Shown: piece by piece, positions 18,142 through 26,298 of the stretch | Layout: each line of letters opens with the position of its first letter | Numbering within the stretch: the first letter of the stretch is position 1 | Sequence record: SRR16203515_3528 | DNA length: 33,988 bases | Strand: one strand, 5' to 3' | Notes under the pieces: model-generated | What the model was told of the DNA's origin: nothing | What the model saw: the letters and a program-made list of their open reading frames with translations, nothing else | The model's database searches: none | Program-made: the position numbers and the translations under genes

Positions 18142-19101
18142 ATGAAAAAGTTTAATTGTATAGTAGCAGGTATTTGTTTAAGTGCTTCTTTAGCGTCAGC
18201 AGAAACTATTGAGTGGTCAGCAGGTTCATTAGGTGGTGGTTGGTACACAATGTCAGCAGGTATTGCTAAAATCATTACTAGTGAAAACCCAGATATTAAG
18301 ATCAAAGTAGTTCCAGGTGGAGGTACAGCAAACCCATCTAAAATTCAAAAAAACAGAAGTCAAATTGCAATGGGACTTGATACAGTATCTTACCTAGCAG
18401 TAAATGCAAAAGGTATGTACGGTAAAAAACATGACAAAGTTTCTTTAATCGGACAAGGATTATCTGATCAAATCTTACATGTAGTTAGATCAAAAGATGC
18501 AAAATATACAAATATTGCAGATTTATTAACTAAAGGTGAAGATAAGAGAATTGCAATTAATAAAGTTGGTTCATCTGATGAATTAGTATTTAGATGGATT
18601 ATGGAATATTATAATACTTCTTATGCTGACTTAAAGAAAAGAGGATTCAAAGTTGTTCATGGTTCTTACTCAGAAGTTGCTAGTCAATTTAAAGATGGTT
18701 TAGTTGAATATGCAGTTGTAAAACTTGGTGTTCCAGGTGCTGCTGTTATTGATATGCTTTTAAGTAGAGATGGTGAAGTTACTACATTACCAGCTGATTT
18801 AATGTCTAGTTTAAAGAAAAACTGGGGTTATAACTCAGGTACTATTAAAAAAGATACATATAAAGGTCAAGATAAAGATGCAGTAACAGGAAATATGTCA
18901 ACAGCATTAATTGCAAGTACAGATCTTTCAACTAACACTGTATATAAAATTACTAAAGCTATTTGTGAAAATGAAGATAAATTAGAAAGTATTCACTCAA
19001 GTATGAAATTCTTCTCTTGTAAAACAGCAACTGTAGATGCTTCTATTCCAGTTCATCCAGGTGCAGCTAAATACTACAAAGAAATGGGTTATATTAAATA
19101 A
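18142..19101 (+). CDS. TAXI-family TRAP transporter substrate-binding protein
   Basis: Start moved from the ORF-track 18100 to ATG 18142 (AAGGA RBS, MKK signal peptide). AGSLGGGWY, PGGGTAN, VYKITKAI, IPVHPGAAKYYKEMG are TAXI signatures. Confidence 0.92.
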   Translation: MKKFNCIVAGICLSASLASAETIEWSAGSLGGGWYTMSAGIAKIITSENPDIKIKVVPGGGTANPSKIQKNRSQIAMGLDTVSYLAVNAKGMYGKKHDKVSLIGQGLSDQILHVVRSKDAKYTNIADLLTKGEDKRIAINKVGSSDELVFRWIMEYYNTSYADLKKRGFKVVHGSYSEVASQFKDGLVEYAVVKLGVPGAAVIDMLLSRDGEVTTLPADLMSSLKKNWGYNSGTIKKDTYKGQDKDAVTGNMSTALIASTDLSTNTVYKITKAICENEDKLESIHSSMKFFSCKTATVDASIPVHPGAAKYYKEMGYIK

Positions 19102-19121
19102 TAACTATTTACTACAAATTT

Positions 19122-19153
19122 GTTTTAGACTTTTGATTTCAAAAGTCTAAAAC
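19122..19153 (+). other. Intercistronic stem-loop after the TAXI gene (mRNA stabiliser or attenuator)
   Basis: GTTTTAGACTTTTGA-TT-TCAAAAGTCTAAAAC perfect inverted repeat with no downstream U-tract. Confidence 0.7.
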
Positions 19154-19222
19154 CTTACAAAAGAATAAAACATATAAAAATATTTTTCTAACTTTTTTTA
19201 TATGTTTTCATTAGGAGAAATT

Positions 19223-21130
19223 ATGATTGAGAATATGAAGAAAATACATGTTGGCGTATTTATTGCAGTATTTGCACTATTAGCCAGTATATTTCATTTA
19301 TATACAGGAAGTATAGGTTTTTTTGAACCTAGAGAACAACGTTCACTTCACTTGTTTTTATTATTACCATTAATATTTTTAATGAAACCTGGATTCTTAG
19401 TAAATTCAGCAAGAAGAGAGAGTGCAAAACCAGGAATAGTTGATTATGCACTAGCTATATTAATAGCAGTTCCAGCTTTATACTCTTATTTTGAAGCCTT
19501 TAGAATCAATATGAGACTAGAAGATGTTACAGAGGTTTTAGACACTGAATTATGGCTTGGTGGAATTATGATTGTATTAATTCTAGAAGCTATTAGAAGA
19601 GGTGTTTCTGTTGTAATGTTTGGACTAGTATTAATTGGATTTATCTATTTATTTACAACAGAATATATGCCAGGGATTTTCCACTTTAGAGATTTACCTT
19701 TAAGTGAAATTATTGAAGCAATGTATTTATCAAATGGTAATGGTATCTTTGGAACTATTACAGGTATTTCAGCAACGTTAATTGCTATTTTCTTAATCTT
19801 TGGTTCAATGATTGAAGGAAGTGGAACTGGACGATTATTTATTAATCTTGGTAAGAAAGTTGCAGGAAGATATACAGGAGGACCAGCAAAAATCGCAGTA
19901 TTAACATCTGCATTATTTGGTTCAATGTCTGGTTCATCTTCCTCAAATGTATTTACAACTGGATCTTTTACAATTCCAATGATGAAAAAAAGAGGATATA
20001 AAGCTTCTTTCGCAGGTGGTGTTGAAACAGCAGCTTCTGTTGGTGGACAAAGTGCTCCTCCAATTATGGGTGCAGGTGCATTTGTAATGGCAGAAATCAC
20101 GGGTGTTCCGTATACTGATATTATTGTTGCAGCAGTTATTGGTTCATTATGTTATTTCGTAATGATATTCGTAACAGTACACTTTGAAGCTAGAAAAATG
20201 GGTCTTAAAGGTATTGATCCAAAAGAGTTACCAACATGGAGCGATGTTTTAAAAGATATACATCTATTAATTCCTATATTCTTGTTGATTACACTGTTAT
20301 TATTAAGATTCTCGCCAACTTATGCAGCGTTAATCTCAATTGCAGCAACTTTCTTTACTTCATGGTTAAGAAAACATACAAGAATTGGTTTCAAAAAAGC
20401 ATTAGAGATTCTAATAAATGCAGGTAGAAATACTGTATTAATTGCAATTGCTTGTGTTGGGGCTAATATGTTAGTTCTTATTTTAACAAAAACAGGTCTT
20501 ATTGTATCTATTGGTGCAGTTGTTACATCTATTGTTGGTGATAACTTATTCTTAGGTGGATTATTATTAGCACTTATGACATTAGTTCTTGGTATGGGTA
20601 TTCCTACTACTCCTGCATATATTGTTGTTGCAGCTGTTGGTGTTCCAACACTAGTAGGTAACTTTGATGTTCCAATGTTAGCAGCCCACTTCTTTGTATT
20701 CTATTTTGCAATTTTAGCAGATGCTACACCGCCTGTGTCCATAGCCGCCTACTCCGCCGCCGCCATATCCAAAGCGGATCCGATAGTTACGGCTTTCCAA
20801 GCTACAAGACTTGCCATTGCAGGTTATGTTGTTGGGTTCTCGTACCTTTTCGTACCAGAATTATTAATGCAAGGTACATTTATTGGTATCGTGTTAAACA
20901 CAGCAGCAATTTTATTAGGACTTACACTGTTCTCTGTAGCAATTACAGGATACTTTGTAAATACAATGAGATTACCAGTTCGAATCATATTAGCACCACT
21001 TGGATTATTCTTAGCATTAAATGTTGCTTTACCTTTAGAGGTAAGAATTTCAGGAAGTTTATTAGCAATGCTAATTCTTTATGTGGTTAATACAAAATTC
21101 GCTTTAAATAAAACAGCAGCCGATTTATAA
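19223..21130 (+). CDS. TRAP transporter fused 4TM/12TM permease (DctQM, TAXI type)
   Basis: Start placed at ATG 19223 after AGGAG. GGPAKIAV, FGSMSGSS, TTGSFTIPMMK, ASVGGQSAPPIMGAGAF, LGMGIPTTPAY, ADATPPV. Confidence 0.93.
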   Translation: MIENMKKIHVGVFIAVFALLASIFHLYTGSIGFFEPREQRSLHLFLLLPLIFLMKPGFLVNSARRESAKPGIVDYALAILIAVPALYSYFEAFRINMRLEDVTEVLDTELWLGGIMIVLILEAIRRGVSVVMFGLVLIGFIYLFTTEYMPGIFHFRDLPLSEIIEAMYLSNGNGIFGTITGISATLIAIFLIFGSMIEGSGTGRLFINLGKKVAGRYTGGPAKIAVLTSALFGSMSGSSSSNVFTTGSFTIPMMKKRGYKASFAGGVETAASVGGQSAPPIMGAGAFVMAEITGVPYTDIIVAAVIGSLCYFVMIFVTVHFEARKMGLKGIDPKELPTWSDVLKDIHLLIPIFLLITLLLLRFSPTYAALISIAATFFTSWLRKHTRIGFKKALEILINAGRNTVLIAIACVGANMLVLILTKTGLIVSIGAVVTSIVGDNLFLGGLLLALMTLVLGMGIPTTPAYIVVAAVGVPTLVGNFDVPMLAAHFFVFYFAILADATPPVSIAAYSAAAISKADPIVTAFQATRLAIAGYVVGFSYLFVPELLMQGTFIGIVLNTAAILLGLTLFSVAITGYFVNTMRLPVRIILAPLGLFLALNVALPLEVRISGSLLAMLILYVVNTKFALNKTAADL

Positions 21131-21135
21131 TATCT

Positions 21136-21166
21136 ATATCCCAATTTATTGGGATATTGGCCAATA
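21136..21166 (+). other. Intercistronic hairpin with overlapping second palindrome before the dehydrogenase genes
   Basis: ATATCCCAAT-TT-ATTGGGATAT (21136-57) overlapping the perfect palindrome TATTGGCCAATA (21155-66), just upstream of the AAGGA RBS. Confidence 0.6.
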
Positions 21167-21180
21167 CTAAAGGAAGTAAC

Positions 21181-22341
21181 ATGCCAAAAAACAAAAAGAT
21201 AGTAATTATTGGTGGCGGTATTATTGGTGCATCAATTGCATGGCATTTATGTAAAAGTGGATATACCCCAACAATAGTTGAAAAAGAAAATTTATTAGAA
21301 ACTGCAAGCTCATCAGCTTGTGAAGGTCTAATGTTTTTACAATCAAAAAAGCCAGGAATCCATTTAAATATGGCAATGGCAAGTATCAAGTTATATGATG
21401 ATTTAGAAAAAGAATTAGGTGTTGATTTAGAACTTGATAAAAGAGGTGGTTTAATTATTATTCATTCTCAAAGAGAAATGGAAATATTAACAGACTACGT
21501 AAAAAGACAAAATGAAAGTGGCGCAAATATCGAAATGATAGATGCAAAAACTATTAAAGAAATGGTTCCTCAAGTAGCAGATGATGTATTAGGTGGAAGT
21601 TTTTCAAGAGATGATTCTGTTGTTAACCCATTAAATTTAACACATGGATTATTAAGTGGAGCTGTTAAAAAAGGTGCTACGATAAAACAAAACACTATTG
21701 TTAAAGACATAATTCTTGAAGATGGTGCTGTAAAAAAAGTAATTACAAATAATGGCGAAATTGAAGCTGATTTAGTGATAAATGCAGCAGGTCCTTATGG
21801 AGCGAAAATAGCTTCAATGGTAGGGATTGAAATACCATTAAAACCTAGAAAGGGTGAGATAATGGTTACAGCTCCTCAAAAAAAGGTGCTTAACTATCCT
21901 CTTATGTCTGCAACTTATATAGCAGCTAAGTATGACCCTGAAATTGCAAAAGCAGGAACTGGTTTTGCAGTTGAACAAGTTGAAAATGGAAATATTTTAA
22001 TAGGTTCAACAAGAGAATTTGTTGATTTTGATTCAAGTAGTACAATCAAAAGTATCCAAAGTATTTCTAAAGGAATTGAAAAAACTTTACCAGGACTTGG
22101 AAAGTTAAAAATTATTAGAGATTTTGCTGGCTTTAGACCTTATACTCCAGATGGTTTACCTTTTATTGGTGAACATAAAAAAGTAAAAGGTTTCTTCTTT
22201 GCTTGTGGACATGAAGGTGATGGAATTACTCTTTGTGCAATTACGGGAAGAATTGTAAGTGAAATGATAGATGGTATAGAACCAGAATTTGATATGCAAA
22301 ACTTTAACCCAGCAAGATTTGATAATCAAGGAGATAAGTAA
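21181..22341 (+). CDS. FAD-dependent D-amino acid oxidase family catalytic subunit (OdhB/OoxB/HcnC/LhpB-like)
   Basis: Start at ATG 21181 after AAGGA. IIGGGIIG, INAAG, PRKGEI, IGSTRE, AGFRPYTPDGLPFIG, GHEGDGI. Confidence 0.9.
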   Translation: MPKNKKIVIIGGGIIGASIAWHLCKSGYTPTIVEKENLLETASSSACEGLMFLQSKKPGIHLNMAMASIKLYDDLEKELGVDLELDKRGGLIIIHSQREMEILTDYVKRQNESGANIEMIDAKTIKEMVPQVADDVLGGSFSRDDSVVNPLNLTHGLLSGAVKKGATIKQNTIVKDIILEDGAVKKVITNNGEIEADLVINAAGPYGAKIASMVGIEIPLKPRKGEIMVTAPQKKVLNYPLMSATYIAAKYDPEIAKAGTGFAVEQVENGNILIGSTREFVDFDSSSTIKSIQSISKGIEKTLPGLGKLKIIRDFAGFRPYTPDGLPFIGEHKKVKGFFFACGHEGDGITLCAITGRIVSEMIDGIEPEFDMQNFNPARFDNQGDK

Positions 22342-22589
22342 TGGCTCAAAATTATCACACAATTAAATTTGGAACAATAGAATTTCCTGCAAAAAAAGAT
22401 GAATTATTACTATTCTCTCTAATGAAAAATGATATTTACGCACAAGGAAAAGCTCACGGAAGAAGCAGAGGTGGATTCTGTGGAATGGGTGTTTGTCAAG
22501 AGTGTTTAATCGAACTTGAAAACGGTGAAACAGCTTTAGCTTGTCAAACTCTAGTGGATAAAGATATGGAGATTAGAGATGATGAATAA
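22341..22589 (+). CDS. Small [2Fe-2S] subunit (OdhC/HcnA-like)
   Basis: RGGFCGMGVCQECLI...ACQT motif; overlaps both neighbouring genes. Confidence 0.9.
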   Translation: MAQNYHTIKFGTIEFPAKKDELLLFSLMKNDIYAQGKAHGRSRGGFCGMGVCQECLIELENGETALACQTLVDKDMEIRDDE

Positions 22590-23985
22590 AGATTATGATG
22601 TTGTAATTATAGGTGCTGGTTTTGCCGGTATTAAAGCAGCATTAACACTAGAAAAATATGATCTTAGTATTTGTGTAGTTGACGAAGGAATTCTTCCTGG
22701 AGGTCAATTTATCAGATATAAAAAAGATGGTGAAAATAGTTCAAAGATTCCAACATATAATAAAGGTTTAGCTCTAGTAAAAGAATTTAACGAAAGTTCA
22801 ATTACTTATTTAAACAGATCTGAGTTAATCTTTATAAATGAAAAAAAAGAGATTTTAGTAAAACTTCCTGATGATAGTTTAAAAATGATTGTACCAAAAA
22901 CAATTATTTTTGCAACAGGTGCTAGAGAAATTGTTCAGCCCTTTAAAGGTTGGGATTTGCCAGGAGTTATTACAACTGGTGCAATGCAGATCTTATTAAA
23001 AACAAGTGGTAAAACATTTTGTGATGAGATAGTAATAGCAGGTAGTGGAATCTTACACTATGCAGCAGGTGCTACATGGCTTGAAAAGGGTGGGAAAATA
23101 AAATCATTTTATGATGTAAACTCTTTCCCTAATAAGTTTAAAATGCTTACATCTGCTTTAGCTTCAAGTGAAAAAAGAGCTGATTTCTTTGCCATGTTAC
23201 CTGATATGTTAAAAATTCAGATGAATGCAAAAAACAATATTAAAGTAATTGAAGCCAAAGGTGATAAAAAACTTGAATCTATTGTTTTAGCAAAAGTTGA
23301 TGGAAATGGAAATGTAATTAAAGGAAGTGAATTTGAACAAGAAACTTCACTTCTTGCAATTGGAAATGGTTTAGTTGCAAACTTAGACGTTGCAACAGCT
23401 GCTGGCTGTGAGACTATATATGATGAAAAACTTGGTGGTTTGGTTTTAAAAACAAATCACTTATTAGAAACTAGTCAAAAAGATATTTTTGCAGCTGGTG
23501 CTCCTAGTGGAATTGGTGGAGCAGATAAAGCAGAGCTTGAAGGTGAAATTTGTGCTTATTCTGTTTTATTAAATCAGAAATTAATCGATGCACATGTTTA
23601 TCACGAGCTAACTAAAGATTTAATAATAAACAGAAATAAAGCTATCTCTTTTGGTAAAACACTAAGTTCAATGCAGAAGTTTAATCTAGAAGAGATAAAA
23701 AATCTTGATGAAAATACAACAATTTGTAGATGTGAGAATATTAAACTAAAAGATATTAATGAAGCTATAAAATTTGGATTAACAAGTATCAATTCTATTA
23801 AGAAAAAAACAAGAGCCGGAATGGGTAATTGTCAAGGAAAAACTTGTGCAGAATTAGTTCGTGCTATTTTACAAAGTCATGGACATAATGATACAAATCA
23901 TATTAAAACAAGAGCTCCATTAAAACCTACTAGTATAGATATTTTAGCAAGTGGAATTACATTTTTAGATGGTTCAAAAGTTTAA
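22579..23985 (+). CDS. Flavoprotein large subunit with C-terminal BFD-like Fe-S domain (OdhA/OoxA/HcnB-like)
   Basis: IIGAGFAG, PGGQF, ATGAREIVQPFKGWDLPGV, ICRCE, TRAGMGNCQGKTC, RAPLKP. Confidence 0.9.
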   Translation: MMNKDYDVVIIGAGFAGIKAALTLEKYDLSICVVDEGILPGGQFIRYKKDGENSSKIPTYNKGLALVKEFNESSITYLNRSELIFINEKKEILVKLPDDSLKMIVPKTIIFATGAREIVQPFKGWDLPGVITTGAMQILLKTSGKTFCDEIVIAGSGILHYAAGATWLEKGGKIKSFYDVNSFPNKFKMLTSALASSEKRADFFAMLPDMLKIQMNAKNNIKVIEAKGDKKLESIVLAKVDGNGNVIKGSEFEQETSLLAIGNGLVANLDVATAAGCETIYDEKLGGLVLKTNHLLETSQKDIFAAGAPSGIGGADKAELEGEICAYSVLLNQKLIDAHVYHELTKDLIINRNKAISFGKTLSSMQKFNLEEIKNLDENTTICRCENIKLKDINEAIKFGLTSINSIKKKTRAGMGNCQGKTCAELVRAILQSHGHNDTNHIKTRAPLKPTSIDILASGITFLDGSKV

Positions 23986-23996
23986 AAAGGTTTTTT

Positions 23997-24350
23997 ATGA
24001 TTGAAAGAATTCAAGGAAAATTTGAAGGAAGAAACAAAGCTGTTGCATATAAAGATTTAGTTTTTACAGTTGCAACTGCTAGTGATGATACTTTGGATTT
24101 TGAAAAGCAAACAAAACAAACACTAGAGACTTTAGAGTTAAATCTAAATGAGCTAAACTCTTCAAAAGAGCAGATTTTATCTGCACAGGTTTATATCAGC
24201 GATATGAACAATAAAAAGAAGATGGATGAGCTTTGGTGTGAGTGGATTGGGGAAAATCAAAAAGATTGGCCCCAAAGAGCTTGTTTAGGTGTTGTATTAG
24301 AAGGTGGTATTCAAATTGAAATTACCCTAACTGCAATTAGAAATATATAA
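23997..24350 (+). CDS. Rid (YjgF/YER057c/UK114) family imine deaminase, copy 1
   Basis: QTKQTL, ILSAQVYISDM, MDELWCEW, PQRACLG with catalytic Arg, IEI. Confidence 0.88.
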   Translation: MIERIQGKFEGRNKAVAYKDLVFTVATASDDTLDFEKQTKQTLETLELNLNELNSSKEQILSAQVYISDMNNKKKMDELWCEWIGENQKDWPQRACLGVVLEGGIQIEITLTAIRNI

Positions 24351-24393
24351 ATAATAATTAGATTCAAATTTAATAAAAAAAGGAAAAACAAAA

Positions 24394-24735
24394 ATGGAAA
24401 TTAAAAGACACGTACCAGCAGGAAAAATGAGTAAAGCAGTAATTCACGGGAATGTAGCATATTTATGTGGTCAAACAGCAGTAGGAGCTGATATTACAGA
24501 ACAAACTCAAGTTATGTTAAAAAAAGTTGATGATTTATTAGCTGAGATTGGTTTAGATAAAACAAATGTATTATCTGCAACTATTTACTTAAAAACTATG
24601 GATGATTTTGCTGGATTAAATGATGTTTGGAATGAGTGGATTGTAGATGGTTTACAACCTGCACGTGCTTGTGTTCAAGCTGCAATGTGTAGTGAAGACA
24701 TGTTAGTAGAAATTTCAGTAATCGCTGGATTATAA
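24394..24735 (+). CDS. Rid family imine deaminase, YoaB/Rid2-like, copy 2
   Basis: MSKAVIHGNVAYLCGQ, VLSATIYL, NDVWNEW, PARACVQA with catalytic Arg, LVEISVIA. Confidence 0.9.
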   Translation: MEIKRHVPAGKMSKAVIHGNVAYLCGQTAVGADITEQTQVMLKKVDDLLAEIGLDKTNVLSATIYLKTMDDFAGLNDVWNEWIVDGLQPARACVQAAMCSEDMLVEISVIAGL

Positions 24736-24742
24736 TAATAAA

Positions 24743-24768
24743 TTTGCCATATCATTTGATATGGCAAA
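24743..24768 (+). terminator. Hairpin at the end of the catabolic operon
   Basis: TTTGCCATATCA-TT-TGATATGGCAAA perfect inverted repeat 7 nt after the stop codon; no immediate U-tract. Confidence 0.65.
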
Positions 24769-24809
24769 CTAACAAAAACTCTTTTTAATAAAATCTTCAA
24801 GGTAAACAT

Positions 24810-25415
24810 ATGACAACTTTAGAATTAGCAGATATTATAGGAATAATCTCTTTTGCATTAAGTGGTTTTCTAATTGCAATTCATTATAAACTAGATATTT
24901 TAGGTGTATTTATTTCAGCTTTTTTAACAGCCCTTGGTGGTGGTGTTATAAGAGATGCAATAGCAGGAAGAACGCCTTATATTTTCTCACATGATTTACC
25001 AATTATTTTAGTAGTTGCTACAGTATTAATTGCCTTAGTATTTAAGCTTCATAAAATTTCTAACTTAGAAGGAAAAACTGCATTTATATTACTTGATGCT
25101 ATTGGTTTATCTTCATTTGCAATAACTGGCTCACTAGTGGCAATTGAAAGTGAGTTTAACTTCTTGGGAATTGTAATCTTAGCCTTTTTGACAGCCGTTG
25201 GAGGAGGAACTACAAGAGATATTTTAATAAATAAAATACCTTTTATTTTAGTTTCTGAATTTTATGCAACAGTAGCTATGTCTATTGGTGTAATCATTTA
25301 TATTTTAAATGCATTTAATCAAATAAGTTTATTTAATTTAACAATTGTATTTGTAGTTGGTACTGTATTTAGATTATTAGCTTATTATAGAAAATGGCAT
25401 TTGCCAAAACTTTAA
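24810..25415 (+). CDS. UPF0126 / trimeric intracellular cation channel family membrane protein (YadS-like)
   Basis: Internal duplication: DIIGIISFALSG...TALGGGVIRD and DAIGLSSFAITG...TAVGGGTTRD. Confidence 0.9.
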   Translation: MTTLELADIIGIISFALSGFLIAIHYKLDILGVFISAFLTALGGGVIRDAIAGRTPYIFSHDLPIILVVATVLIALVFKLHKISNLEGKTAFILLDAIGLSSFAITGSLVAIESEFNFLGIVILAFLTAVGGGTTRDILINKIPFILVSEFYATVAMSIGVIIYILNAFNQISLFNLTIVFVVGTVFRLLAYYRKWHLPKL

Positions 25416-25416
25416 T

Positions 25417-26298
25417 CTAAGAGTTTCTAATAATTGATTTATTTCTACCTTGACCTTTTGCTTCATATAAAGCTTCATCAGCGTCTTTGAGTAACTCATC
25501 AATACTAGTAAATTTATCATTATAGAAACTAATACCACAACTAATAGTTACCGATATTTTAGCTCCCTTATCTTCATAAATTTCTAAGTCTTCTATTTTC
25601 TTTCTTATAATTTCTACCTCATTATAAATTGAATCTTTTGAGTCATACTGTCCAAATAAAACAAACTCCTCTCCCCCTAATCTAGCAAAAAGAGTATCTT
25701 CTTTTACATGAGAATCAATAGTATTAACAATCTTTTTAATTACAGTATCACCCATATGATGCCCGAAAAGATCATTTATATTTTTAAATCTATCAATATC
25801 AATCATTACAGAATATTGTTTTTCTTTTTTCTTATTAAAATTTAATGCAGTTAATTCAAAGAATTTTCTTCTATTTAAAATACCAGTCATTGTGTCATGT
25901 GATGACAAATACTCTAAAGAAGTAATTAGATTTTTTAATTCAATTTGAGTTTTAACTCTTGCTAGTAACTCTTTTGATTTAAAAGGTTTTGTAACATAAT
26001 CAATACCACCTAAATCATAAGCCATTTCTATTAATTCTTCATCATTTTTTGCAGTGATAAATATAATAGGAATATCTTTTGTGCAAGCTGAACCTTTTAG
26101 TCTTTGACAAACTTCAAAGCCATTTATTTCAGGCATTACAATATCAAGTAAGATTATTTTAGGTTTATCTTCATTTGCTATTTCAATAGCAGTTTCACCA
26201 TCTAAAGCAACTAAAACATCATAATCAGAACCTAAAAGCTCAACTAATATTTCAATACTTGATTCACTATCATCTACTACTAATATTTTATTATTCAT
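25417..26298 (-). CDS. REC-GGDEF diguanylate cyclase response regulator
   Basis: [51 protein letters not shown]. Start overlaps the kinase stop (ATGA). Confidence 0.92.
   Translation of the reverse strand: MNNKILVVDDSESSIEILVELLGSDYDVLVALDGETAIEIANEDKPKIILLDIVMPEINGFEVCQRLKGSACTKDIPIIFITAKNDEELIEMAYDLGGIDYVTKPFKSKELLARVKTQIELKNLITSLEYLSSHDTMTGILNRRKFFELTALNFNKKKEKQYSVMIDIDRFKNINDLFGHHMGDTVIKKIVNTIDSHVKEDTLFARLGGEEFVLFGQYDSKDSIYNEVEIIRKKIEDLEIYEDKGAKISVTISCGISFYNDKFTSIDELLKDADEALYEAKGQGRNKSIIRNS

Noticed and set aside
20701-20756. Tiny antisense ORF (MDTGGVASAKIAK) preceded by GGAG within the GC-rich patch
   Set aside because: It is only 13 codons with no promoter evidence, and the RBS-like sequence follows trivially from the TCC codon on the sense strand.
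21181-23985. Calling the trimer hydrogen cyanide synthase (hcnABC) or sarcosine oxidase
   Set aside because: The architecture is the same, but an importer, racemase, GntR and Rid genes point to catabolism; the order is C-A-B; no sarcosine oxidase gamma subunit or folate-binding domain is present.
16621-24735. Calling the operon a standard hydroxyproline (lhp) pathway
   Set aside because: There is no proline-racemase-fold epimerase, DapA-like deaminase or ketoglutarate semialdehyde dehydrogenase in the cluster.
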